NCBI GenBank assembly: GCA_963662265.2
Contig: CAXXHA010000034.1
Location: 1 to 39,188 of the forward strand
From: Spirochaetia bacterium
GTDB taxonomy: Bacteria > Spirochaetota > Spirochaetia > CADAEX01
Direction: 5' to 3'
Length of the DNA: 39,188 nt
Shown here: piece after piece, positions 18,613 through 27,183 of the stretch
Numbering within the stretch: position 1 is the stretch's first letter
Layout of the letters: each line of letters opens with the position of its first letter
Notes under the pieces: model-generated
What the model saw: the letters and a program-made list of their open reading frames with translations, nothing else
What the model was told of the DNA's origin: nothing
Database searches by the model: none
Position numbers and translations under genes: made by a program

Positions 18613-20052
18613 TTATCCGCACCTGTCGCAGTTTCCGCACTCAGGCTCGTTGTCAAACCCGAAATATGACTCTATTCCCTGTCTCCTGCACCTTTCATCC
18701 CTGAAATAATTTACTATTCCGAGAAGCTTTTTCCTGTCACTTAAGATTTTCTCTTCAAACAGCGGCATATCGAGAAGCCTGTCTGGCAGTTTATCGGAAA
18801 TCACTCTGATATTTTTTCCTTCCAGGCTGCCTTCAGTTACATGATATCTCTCAAACAGGTTCAGACCTGTATCCAGACGGAAGTCAAACCTGTTCTTGTA
18901 AAAAAGTTCCTCTGCCACATATTCCCTGCCGAGTGAATGGACTTCCCGCTCTTTTGATTTAAGAAGCTGATAAAGCTTTTTCAGGAAGGCAGGTTCAGGA
19001 TTGGACCACCTGATGAAATCCATGTGGATTTCAAGATCATCCTGGCTGTACAGCATCATACAAAGGGATGATTCTCCGTCTCTCCCCGCCCTACCTATTT
19101 CCTGGTAATATGATTCAAGGCTTCCCGGTATTTCTGCGTGAATTACATACCTTATATCAGGCTTATCAATTCCCATTCCGAAAGAGTTTGTTGCAAGTAT
19201 CAGACTGTCAGATTTCATAAACCTGTTCTGGACAATTTTTCTTGCATGATTATCAAGTTTTCCGTGATAGATAAGATGGGGTATATTCCTGGTATCAAGA
19301 TGATGCGAAAACTCGTTAAGTGTGCGGATCAGGGAAAAATAAATAATCCCACTTCCTTCAACTGATTTAACAATATTCTCAATTTTTTCAAGTTTCTGAA
19401 AATCATCAAAACATTCTGAAGCTTCCAGTCTCAGGTTCGGCCTCTTTATCCCCTGATGAAATATAGTTATTTCATCAGGTTTCAGATTCATGGATTTTAT
19501 AATATCTGCCTGAACTTCCTTTGTCGCTGTTGCTGTAAATGCTGCGGTTAACGGGTTGCCCAGCAGCTTTCTTATTTCCGCGATTCTGGAATAATCAGGC
19601 CTGAAATCATGTCCCCACTGGGAAATGCAGTGAGCCTCATCAACTGCAAGAAGATTAATATCAGCCCTTTTGATACTGAATGTGAAATCAGAATTATTAA
19701 ACCGTTCAGGTGTCACATAAAGAAATTTCGTCTTTCCATATACAAACTCTTCGAGCCTTTTTTTTCTTTCCCGGTGCGAAACAGTTGAATTAATATATGA
19801 GGCACCTATCCCTTTTTCCTTCAGTGAATCAACCTGGTCTTTCATCAGTGAGATCAGGGGACTCAGAACAAGAGTTTTACCTTCAAGCATTAGAGCTGGA
19901 AGCTGATAGCATAAAGACTTCCCCCCTCCTGTAGGCATTAAAACAAGAGAATGCCCATTCTTTACATACAGTAGACGGTCAATCACCTCCTCCTGTATCC
20001 CCCTGAAACTGTCTATATTAAAATATTTTTTCAATGCTTCTTTTTTATCCAT
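18613..20052 (-). CDS. recQ: RecQ-family ATP-dependent DNA helicase (short form)
   Basis: 'MPTGGGKSLCYQLP', 'VDEAHCISQWGHDFRPDY', 'TATA', 'FGMGIDKPDIR', 'YYQEIGRAGRDG' and a terminal 'CRR...CGNCDRC'. Confidence 0.95.
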   Translation of the reverse strand: MDKKEALKKYFNIDSFRGIQEEVIDRLLYVKNGHSLVLMPTGGGKSLCYQLPALMLEGKTLVLSPLISLMKDQVDSLKEKGIGASYINSTVSHRERKKRLEEFVYGKTKFLYVTPERFNNSDFTFSIKRADINLLAVDEAHCISQWGHDFRPDYSRIAEIRKLLGNPLTAAFTATATKEVQADIIKSMNLKPDEITIFHQGIKRPNLRLEASECFDDFQKLEKIENIVKSVEGSGIIYFSLIRTLNEFSHHLDTRNIPHLIYHGKLDNHARKIVQNRFMKSDSLILATNSFGMGIDKPDIRYVIHAEIPGSLESYYQEIGRAGRDGESSLCMMLYSQDDLEIHMDFIRWSNPEPAFLKKLYQLLKSKEREVHSLGREYVAEELFYKNRFDFRLDTGLNLFERYHVTEGSLEGKNIRVISDKLPDRLLDMPLFEEKILSDRKKLLGIVNYFRDERCRRQGIESYFGFDNEPECGNCDRCG

Positions 20053-20405
20053 TTTTCATCCTGCAAACTTCCGTATATCTGTAAATATCCTGCCATGCTC
20101 CATATCAGAATCATGAAACTTTTTTTTATTTTTCCAAAGTTTTATAATACTTATTTTATTAAATGCCGGCTTTTCAGTCATAACAGCTATTTTTGGGCAC
20201 CTCTGAAAACTTTTATTTACGAGTTTTTCCCCGGTAAGATGCGGACAAGTGCCTTAGATGTTTGCCCACAAGGAACCTGTCCCCGAAGGGGGGGAATCTA
20301 TAAAAAAAACCTGTGTTTTTAATATACAAAAAATTATTATCACACAAGAGGCTATAGTCTTAATTGGAATAAAATGATGCAAATTTAAGAACAGGCCCTG
20401 GTTCA

Positions 20406-21617
20406 TCAGGATTCCTCGTTATACCACTTTTCCTTTCCATAAAGATTCTTTTCACATTCGGGACATAAACCGTGACTGAATGAAAGATTCGATTTTTTCT
20501 CAAGATAACTGTCAAGCTGTTTCCAGTACCCCTTATCATCCCTTATTTTTCTGCAGTGCGAACAGATGGGAAGCAGCCCGCCAAGGATATCGATATTATC
20601 GAGCGCCTCCTTGAGTTCAATTATAACATTTTCCTTTTCATGTTCAGCCTTCTTCCTGAATTCTATTTCCCTTTTCAATTTCCTGTTCCAGATAAATATC
20701 ACAATCAGAATAATACAGAAAAAAAGCGAGCTTAAAAGAATATACCTGAAAACATCGGCATAGCTTAGTCCATACTCATATCTTATCGAAAGCCAGTCAT
20801 TCCTGACTGCAGAATGCTGCTGCGGTGTAACAGCAGCAAGCCATTTGTTGATTATGGAAATAAGTTCAGGCCAGTCGCTCCTCACAGATATAAACAGTTC
20901 ATAGTTTTTATATTTTGTCGGCGATGCAACCTTGAGGTTTGACAGCCCGTTTTTATTTATCAGGTAACTGACAGCTGCAAGGTTTCCGATATATGCATCT
21001 GCCTGTCCGGAAGAAACAGCTTCAAGAGATTCCAGAGGTGATTCTGTAAAATAGGGATTAACTTCAATTTTATCCTCTTTAAGCCAGTCATGTACAACAA
21101 CACCTTTTACAAGGGCAACTTTCAGGTCATACAGGTCCTGAAGGCCTCCTATGAATCTTGAATCATCCCTGCTTACAATTACAAGGGGGAAGGAAAGATA
21201 GGAATCGGAAAAGGAAAGGTACTCCTCCCTTTCTGGACTCCTTGCTGAACAAGCAATAATATCAATTTCCCTGTTCCTTGCTCTTTTAAGAACTTCAGGC
21301 CAGGGAAGTTTTTCATAGGATTCCACTTCAAGACCGAGTGATGAAGTTATATAACCTATGTAATCGGCAGCAATGCCGGAAGCTTTTCCCTCTTCTGTAT
21401 AAAAGTGGAACGGAGGAAAATGAAAAGGCCCGCTGATACTGACTTTCCTGTGATTATCAAGCCATTTCTCCTCTTCCGGTGTAAGACTGATCCTGACATT
21501 ATTCAGTTCAGATAAATCAACTTCATTATCCGCTGCATATATAGAAATAATATTTAATATTAATAATACAGAAAACAGATATTTAAATACTCTACAAACT
21601 GAGTTTCTAAAAATCAT
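20406..21617 (-). CDS. membrane sensor: signal peptide + family-3 periplasmic binding domain + TM + Cys/His C-terminal motif
   Basis: 'LTPEEEKWL...FPPF...GIAADY...W...L...REID...R...LSFS..Y' and 'VRSDWPELISIINK' (BvgS/EvgS-like binding domain), one TM, 'WNRKLKREI', then 'LLPICSHCRKIRDDKGYW...FSHGLCPEC'. Confidence 0.85.
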   Translation of the reverse strand: MIFRNSVCRVFKYLFSVLLILNIISIYAADNEVDLSELNNVRISLTPEEEKWLDNHRKVSISGPFHFPPFHFYTEEGKASGIAADYIGYITSSLGLEVESYEKLPWPEVLKRARNREIDIIACSARSPEREEYLSFSDSYLSFPLVIVSRDDSRFIGGLQDLYDLKVALVKGVVVHDWLKEDKIEVNPYFTESPLESLEAVSSGQADAYIGNLAAVSYLINKNGLSNLKVASPTKYKNYELFISVRSDWPELISIINKWLAAVTPQQHSAVRNDWLSIRYEYGLSYADVFRYILLSSLFFCIILIVIFIWNRKLKREIEFRKKAEHEKENVIIELKEALDNIDILGGLLPICSHCRKIRDDKGYWKQLDSYLEKKSNLSFSHGLCPECEKNLYGKEKWYNEES

Positions 21618-21752
21618 TCAGATCTCCATTTTTTTTCTGTAATTTATACTGAAGACATCTAATATCAAGGCATTTAAAATTCAAACTATATTATTCATTA
21701 TAGTACAGCTTATAATATCTTTGATGATATTTGAAACATTTAAAAAATATTT

Positions 21753-23105
21753 TCAGCAATCAGAAGTCTTTGCCAGATGCTTTCTGCAATAAAACAGGGC
21801 GGTAACTGCTGTAAGAATCTGTCCCAGTGCAAGACCGGAAATCAGCCCTGTAAATCCGGAAAAACGGCTTCCCGCATATGCAAGAGGGATCTGGAGGATA
21901 AGTGTTCCTGCTGTGTTAAGCTGTGCAGAGGGATGCGGCAGCCCTGCGGCATTGAGAGACTGCCCTGTCCAGGTATAAAATGCAAACGCACCTGAAGCTG
22001 CTGTTAATATTCTCAGATAACTTACAGTATAATTAATAACTTCAGAATCACTGCTGAATATGCCGGAAAGAACAGGGGCAAGAAGCAGGGCTGCCGCAAA
22101 AACAAAAAAACCGTATATTACAGAAAGATGAAAGGAAACCTTCCGTATTGAATTTATCCTGCCCCATTTACCTGCTCCGATATTCTGCCCCACCATTGGA
22201 ACAAGAGCCATGCTGTAGGCCCTTACAAAAATTACAGCAAAGCTTTCTATTCTTGAACCTGATGCAACGGCAGCCACTGCTGCTGCACCGCCTGCTGCGG
22301 AAGCAAGAGATGTGAGAACTCCCCGTGTGAAAGGATAAAGAAGCTGGGTAAAAGCTGCAGGTATTCCAATATGCAGAATCCGTTTCCATGAGTCCCGGAT
22401 CTCCCTGAAACCAGGTTTTGAAAAATCCAGAAGTCCTGCACTGAAATGAAGAAAGGAAAGTGTTGCAGCCATACCTGCGCACCTTGAAATAACTGTGGCA
22501 AGAGATGCCCCTCTTATACCCATCGGTGGAAAACCGAGCCAGCCGAAAATAAGAACAGGGTCCAGGACAACATTCATACCGGCACATACCATCATGACAA
22601 TAAACGGCCTGATCATATCCCCTGTGGCCCTGAGGCAGCTGTCACTGACAGGCGGCATTATAATAGCTACAGATCCAAGGTACCATATAAACATGTATTC
22701 CTTCACCAGTTTCAGAACTTCCCCTGAAGCACCCATTGCACTGAACAGAATATCAAGGGTAAATATACCTGCCAGGCTTATAATACCTACAAGCAGAGCA
22801 GACAGAAGTATACCGTCAGTCGCAGTCCTCTTCATAAGATGAGAATCACCGCTTCCCATGGCCCTTGAAAGGACTGATGCAGACCCAAGGCTTATACCTG
22901 AAGCTGCAGCTGCAACAATCAGAATAACAGGGAATGTAAATCCCATTGCTGCAAGAGCATCAGTACCGAGACGGGAAACAAAAAAAGTATCAGTCAGGTT
23001 GAATACAGTAATCGCAAGAGAGCCCCCGATTCCGGGCCATGTAAGGGAAAAAAGCTGATGTTTAACCGGGCCGGCAGTCAGTGACAACTTGTTTTTTTTC
23101 TGCAT
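21753..23105 (-). CDS. MATE-family efflux transporter
   Basis: 'FNLTDTFFVSRLGTDALAA', 'LRATGD', 'NVVLDPVLIFG...MGIRGASLAT' and 'VGQNIGA'; about 12 TM segments. Confidence 0.95.
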   Translation of the reverse strand: MQKKNKLSLTAGPVKHQLFSLTWPGIGGSLAITVFNLTDTFFVSRLGTDALAAMGFTFPVILIVAAAASGISLGSASVLSRAMGSGDSHLMKRTATDGILLSALLVGIISLAGIFTLDILFSAMGASGEVLKLVKEYMFIWYLGSVAIIMPPVSDSCLRATGDMIRPFIVMMVCAGMNVVLDPVLIFGWLGFPPMGIRGASLATVISRCAGMAATLSFLHFSAGLLDFSKPGFREIRDSWKRILHIGIPAAFTQLLYPFTRGVLTSLASAAGGAAAVAAVASGSRIESFAVIFVRAYSMALVPMVGQNIGAGKWGRINSIRKVSFHLSVIYGFFVFAAALLLAPVLSGIFSSDSEVINYTVSYLRILTAASGAFAFYTWTGQSLNAAGLPHPSAQLNTAGTLILQIPLAYAGSRFSGFTGLISGLALGQILTAVTALFYCRKHLAKTSDC

Positions 23106-23132
23106 AAAGCTGATTATAGAGCGAAACTATAA

Positions 23133-24680
23133 TTACTGATAGACTTCACATTTGTTCCTGCCGTGATTTTTTGCCAGATAAAGCGCAATATCAGCTTTGT
23201 GGAGTATTTCATCGATTTTATCACCATCAGAAGGGATCAGGGCATAGATACCGAAACTTGCATTGATTTTAATGATTTCATCATTATAAACAAATTCATA
23301 TTTTTCAACCGCTTTTCTCAGTCTTTCGGAAATCGACAGTGTTGTTTCCGCATCTGAACCGGGGCAGATTATAAGAAACTCTTCACCTCCGTATCTTCCG
23401 AACAGATCTGTTACCCTCAATTCATCAGATAAAACTGATGCGATTTTTTTCAGAACATAATCCCCTGCAAGATGGCCGTAAACATCGTTAATTTTTTTAA
23501 AATAATCTATATCAATAAGAACAAATCCCAGATCAACACTGCTTCTCCTGGCTTTATCAATTTCCGTCTGTGCAAGATCAAGAATATGCCTCCTGTTGAA
23601 AATACCTGTCAGGGAATCATAAATAGCAAAATATTCAAGTTCCCTGATAAGCATAACAGATTTGGTAATATCACTGATTATAAAAACAAAACCTCTTCCG
23701 GATTTATTTCCTTTACTGATATAGGTTATCTTCAGAAGATAGTTTTTATTATTATATTCAAACTGGTATTCAAGATTTTCCGGAGAAGGTTCTGAATACT
23801 GTACAGCAGAATCAGCAAACCTCCTGAGCGGGGAAGTTTCTGGCAGAGAGGATCCTATCATTATTTCGCCGGGTATATCAGATTTCTTCGCCGATAAATT
23901 AATATCCTGGACTATTCCGTATGTATCAAAGACAACAAGAATCTCTCTTATGGAATCAACAGCAATCTCCCTGGCATATGGAACAATATCAAACATCCTG
24001 TATCTGAAAAGAGCTACTGCAAGAAGTATTCCTGTTATTGTCAGAAAAAAAGGCTGAAGATCTATATTATGCACTCTTGCAGGATTTATCACAGCTGAAA
24101 TTATAGGTAGAAGTCCTGATACAAAAACAAAAAGATACTGTTTCCTTTCAACCCCCTCTTTTTTAATGATATTTATCAGGAGAAGAATCTCTGCGGCAGA
24201 AGAAGATAGCACAAGGCTGAGCATATTAATCACATACCATGGCCCCACTGAATATTCAAGCATTGGAAATATTCTGTCAAAATCAAGACTGGTTGTCTTG
24301 TAGAATAAATCATGATTTTCAAGATTAAGCACAAGAAGCATTGTAATGACAGGTATTGCAAAAAGCAGGCAGAGAAAATAATATTTGATTTTTCTGCCTG
24401 TAACAAGTTTAACAGTAAATACAAAGAACAAAACAGCTGAAAAAGGTATCCCCAGGAACTGTATTCTCAATGAATCAAATATACCGGGAAGTGTATTCTG
24501 ATTGATTTCTAGAGCATATCCGAAACTGTAGAAAGATACAGAAAGCAGAAAAAGAGAGAATTCAAAAGCCCCGTTCACCTTCCTGCGGCATGCTGCCACC
24601 CAGGCAGCCAGCGAAGCTGAAGCAATACCGGAAATAACAAGTATAAACGCAAGCTGCATTGGGAGTTCTTTAAAAATCAT
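23133..24680 (-). CDS. diguanylate cyclase with an N-terminal 7TM (HisKA_7TM-like) sensor and a PAS-like linker
   Basis: Seven hydrophobic segments ending 'LFRYRMFDIVP', then 'DSLTGIFNRR', 'DIDYFKKINDVYGHLAGD', the I-site 'RVTD' and the A-site 'RYGGEEF'. Confidence 0.95.
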   Translation of the reverse strand: MIFKELPMQLAFILVISGIASASLAAWVAACRRKVNGAFEFSLFLLSVSFYSFGYALEINQNTLPGIFDSLRIQFLGIPFSAVLFFVFTVKLVTGRKIKYYFLCLLFAIPVITMLLVLNLENHDLFYKTTSLDFDRIFPMLEYSVGPWYVINMLSLVLSSSAAEILLLINIIKKEGVERKQYLFVFVSGLLPIISAVINPARVHNIDLQPFFLTITGILLAVALFRYRMFDIVPYAREIAVDSIREILVVFDTYGIVQDINLSAKKSDIPGEIMIGSSLPETSPLRRFADSAVQYSEPSPENLEYQFEYNNKNYLLKITYISKGNKSGRGFVFIISDITKSVMLIRELEYFAIYDSLTGIFNRRHILDLAQTEIDKARRSSVDLGFVLIDIDYFKKINDVYGHLAGDYVLKKIASVLSDELRVTDLFGRYGGEEFLIICPGSDAETTLSISERLRKAVEKYEFVYNDEIIKINASFGIYALIPSDGDKIDEILHKADIALYLAKNHGRNKCEVYQ

Positions 24681-24748
24681 TACACCCCCTGTTACACATA
24701 AATTATATGATGATTAATAATAAAAATCGAATAAAACAGCAACATCAT

Positions 24749-26032
24749 CTATGCAGTCTCTTTTACCCTGCCGCGGCATGGAAGCCTGATTACTACAGAT
24801 GTTCCGCTGCCCGGTGAAGAATTAATCCTGACCTTACCTTCCAGAAGATTTACCCTGTCTGCAAGTCCCCGGAGACCTAGGTTGAACCTGTCCTCAAGCT
24901 TATCATCCGGTTCAAATCCTATACCGTTGTCTTCAACCCGTATAATAAATTCAGGGAATGCAAGTATTACACTCACAGCAACTTCTGTTGCTCTTGAATG
25001 ACGGACAACATTAAAAAGGCATTCATGAATCATTTTAAAGGCAGCAGTCTCAAATTCATCATCAATTGATGTTTTATCAAGACCTATACATTTCAGATCA
25101 GTTCTGATGTTATTTGAAAAAGAAAAATCAGTGCAGAAATTTTCAAGCGATTCTTTGAGAGGTTTATCAAGTTCCTGCGGTCTCAAGTTATATGATATTT
25201 CTCTTGCAGATTTTATTATACGCTGAGAAACTGTATTTATATCATTTATAATCCTGTGCCAGTTAACTTCTTCCCTGCCGGCAGCCTGTTCGCATTTTTT
25301 ATTTATTACCAGTGCATTCTGAACTACAATATCATGAAGGTCAAGCGACATCCTGAGCCGTTCTTCGTCTCTTATCTTCATAAGCAGCCCGGAAAGATCC
25401 CTTATCCTGCGCTCCCTTTTTATAATAATATGGTAATTCAGAATCAGATTCACCAGGAAACTGAATATCAGGACCATGATGGAAACAATGATAATAAAAA
25501 CAGTCCAGTAATACCTGGTTCTTTCAACAAGATGCGATTCGATGTAAACAAGAATGTTTTTCAGTTTTTTTTCAAAAAAATCAGTCTCGTTTGAAAAATT
25601 GTAAATCTCGGAAACAAAAATATCAAAATTGTTTTTATACAAAACAGTCTCCACCAGTTTCAGCTGTATCTGCTGCCAGACAAGAACAACTGTAGCAATT
25701 TCATCCTGAGCCTGATTATTGATTATTCCCGCTGCAGAGAAAAGTTCCTTATCAAGAACATTATCCATTACAATTTCGAAATCAGAAACACTCCTTACAA
25801 GTGTATCAGTTCTACGGTTTTCAGGAGAACTCAGCATGTACTTTATTGTTTCACTTTTTACAATAAGCCAGTTTTCATATATTCTGTTGATTTCATTATT
25901 TTTCCTGATCATGGTAATTACACGGTTATATGAGGGAACAGTAATAAACGGGACAATTAAAATAAAAAGCAGGCAGAATAATATCAGAAGTCTCTTATGA
26001 AGCCTGCTGTCCGGAATAAAAAGCGGCATCAC
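24749..26032 (-). CDS. two-TM sensor histidine kinase (HisKA_3/NarX-like)
   Basis: H-box 'EERLRMSLDLHD', 'ISYNLRP', N-box 'ECLFNVVRHS', 'DNGIGF', 'GLRGLADRV..LEG' and 'PGSGT'. Confidence 0.93.
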   Translation of the reverse strand: MMPLFIPDSRLHKRLLILFCLLFILIVPFITVPSYNRVITMIRKNNEINRIYENWLIVKSETIKYMLSSPENRRTDTLVRSVSDFEIVMDNVLDKELFSAAGIINNQAQDEIATVVLVWQQIQLKLVETVLYKNNFDIFVSEIYNFSNETDFFEKKLKNILVYIESHLVERTRYYWTVFIIIVSIMVLIFSFLVNLILNYHIIIKRERRIRDLSGLLMKIRDEERLRMSLDLHDIVVQNALVINKKCEQAAGREEVNWHRIINDINTVSQRIIKSAREISYNLRPQELDKPLKESLENFCTDFSFSNNIRTDLKCIGLDKTSIDDEFETAAFKMIHECLFNVVRHSRATEVAVSVILAFPEFIIRVEDNGIGFEPDDKLEDRFNLGLRGLADRVNLLEGKVRINSSPGSGTSVVIRLPCRGRVKETA

Positions 26033-26997
26033 ATCAACTCCTTTTCCCTGAAATACCTGACAGCACCTTTATGAAAAGGAATTGTCACCCCTTCGGCCGG
26101 ATTATTCCAGTTTATTCTGGATGTAATTGTCGGGAGAAGATCAATCAGGTATTCACGGTTCTCAAACCATATCTTAGTAACCTCATAAGCTGTCTCCTCA
26201 GGCAGGTCTTCCATACATACTGTAAGATAGTTGCTGACAAGCTGGTAAGCATTTTCAGCACCTACTTCCTCTCCGAAAAGGGTCAGCCTGAAATAGGGAT
26301 ACCGTACAAGTACTTCCCTGATTATGTCGGGATTTCCTTCCAGGAACCGTATATCTGAAGAATCACAGATTTTTTTCAGTGTACCGTGTCCGTATCCGAA
26401 TTTATGAATAACAGCATCAATTTCCCTGTCTATAAACAGGTCAGCTGAATCATTTTTCATCATCCTGAGAATCTCGCTGTTTTTTTCATCAACACCGTGA
26501 AGCTTAAGCAGTTCAATAACAAAATCGCCCCAGAAATTTCCTTCTGAATATGTTGCTATCTTTTTCCCTTTCAATCCGCTTAAACTCTTTACTTCTGAAT
26601 CATTATGCACAATAAAATTAAGTACACCCGGCTGGGTGGCAAAAAGCGCCCTCAACCCTTTCAAAGGCTTATCCCAGAAAATTCCACCCCTGTATGCCAT
26701 ATCTGCCATGCTTGTTCCTGCATATCCTATTTCAACCTTGCCGTCTCTCAGTTTCCGCATAGTTTCAAATTCAAGTCCCGGAGATATGCTGTTTGCTGCA
26801 ATATATTCTGAATCCCTGCAGATCAGATTTGCCCATGCCGATCCGCATGCATGCCAGGTCCCCCCGATTGCAGAGGATTTGATATGAAGAAATTTCCACT
26901 CCCCGTATTTTTCATCAGCATTTTTTCTGATTTCATTATTATTGCAGCTGCTGAAAAATAAACAAATTAGAAAAGCATAAAGCAGTCTGGATCTCAT
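26029..26997 (-). CDS. TAXI-family (TRAP) solute-binding lipoprotein
   Basis: Lipobox 'LFFSSC', 'GGTWH..G', 'LRALF', 'VKSLSGLKGKKI', 'LPEETAYEVTK..FEN' and the C-terminal 'IPFHKGAVRYFRE'. Confidence 0.88.
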   Translation of the reverse strand: MRSRLLYAFLICLFFSSCNNNEIRKNADEKYGEWKFLHIKSSAIGGTWHACGSAWANLICRDSEYIAANSISPGLEFETMRKLRDGKVEIGYAGTSMADMAYRGGIFWDKPLKGLRALFATQPGVLNFIVHNDSEVKSLSGLKGKKIATYSEGNFWGDFVIELLKLHGVDEKNSEILRMMKNDSADLFIDREIDAVIHKFGYGHGTLKKICDSSDIRFLEGNPDIIREVLVRYPYFRLTLFGEEVGAENAYQLVSNYLTVCMEDLPEETAYEVTKIWFENREYLIDLLPTITSRINWNNPAEGVTIPFHKGAVRYFREKELM

Positions 26998-27183
26998 AAT
27001 CTACCGCCTGACAATTTAAATAAATATTTATATCATACTGATTTTAAGGAATTAAATTAATATGACTTGCTTCAAATATTCAGGAAATATTCTTTTATAT
27101 ACTTTTTTTTCTGATAATAAAAAGAGATATTATATATGAAATAATATACTTCAGGAAAATTCAGTTTTTAACACTCATAACAG

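Noticed and set aside
20190-20270. Lysine or c-di-GMP-I riboswitch (minus-strand AGAGGTGC and GGCAAAC)
   Set aside because: The short motifs are not followed by the required stems and conserved elements in the correct order.
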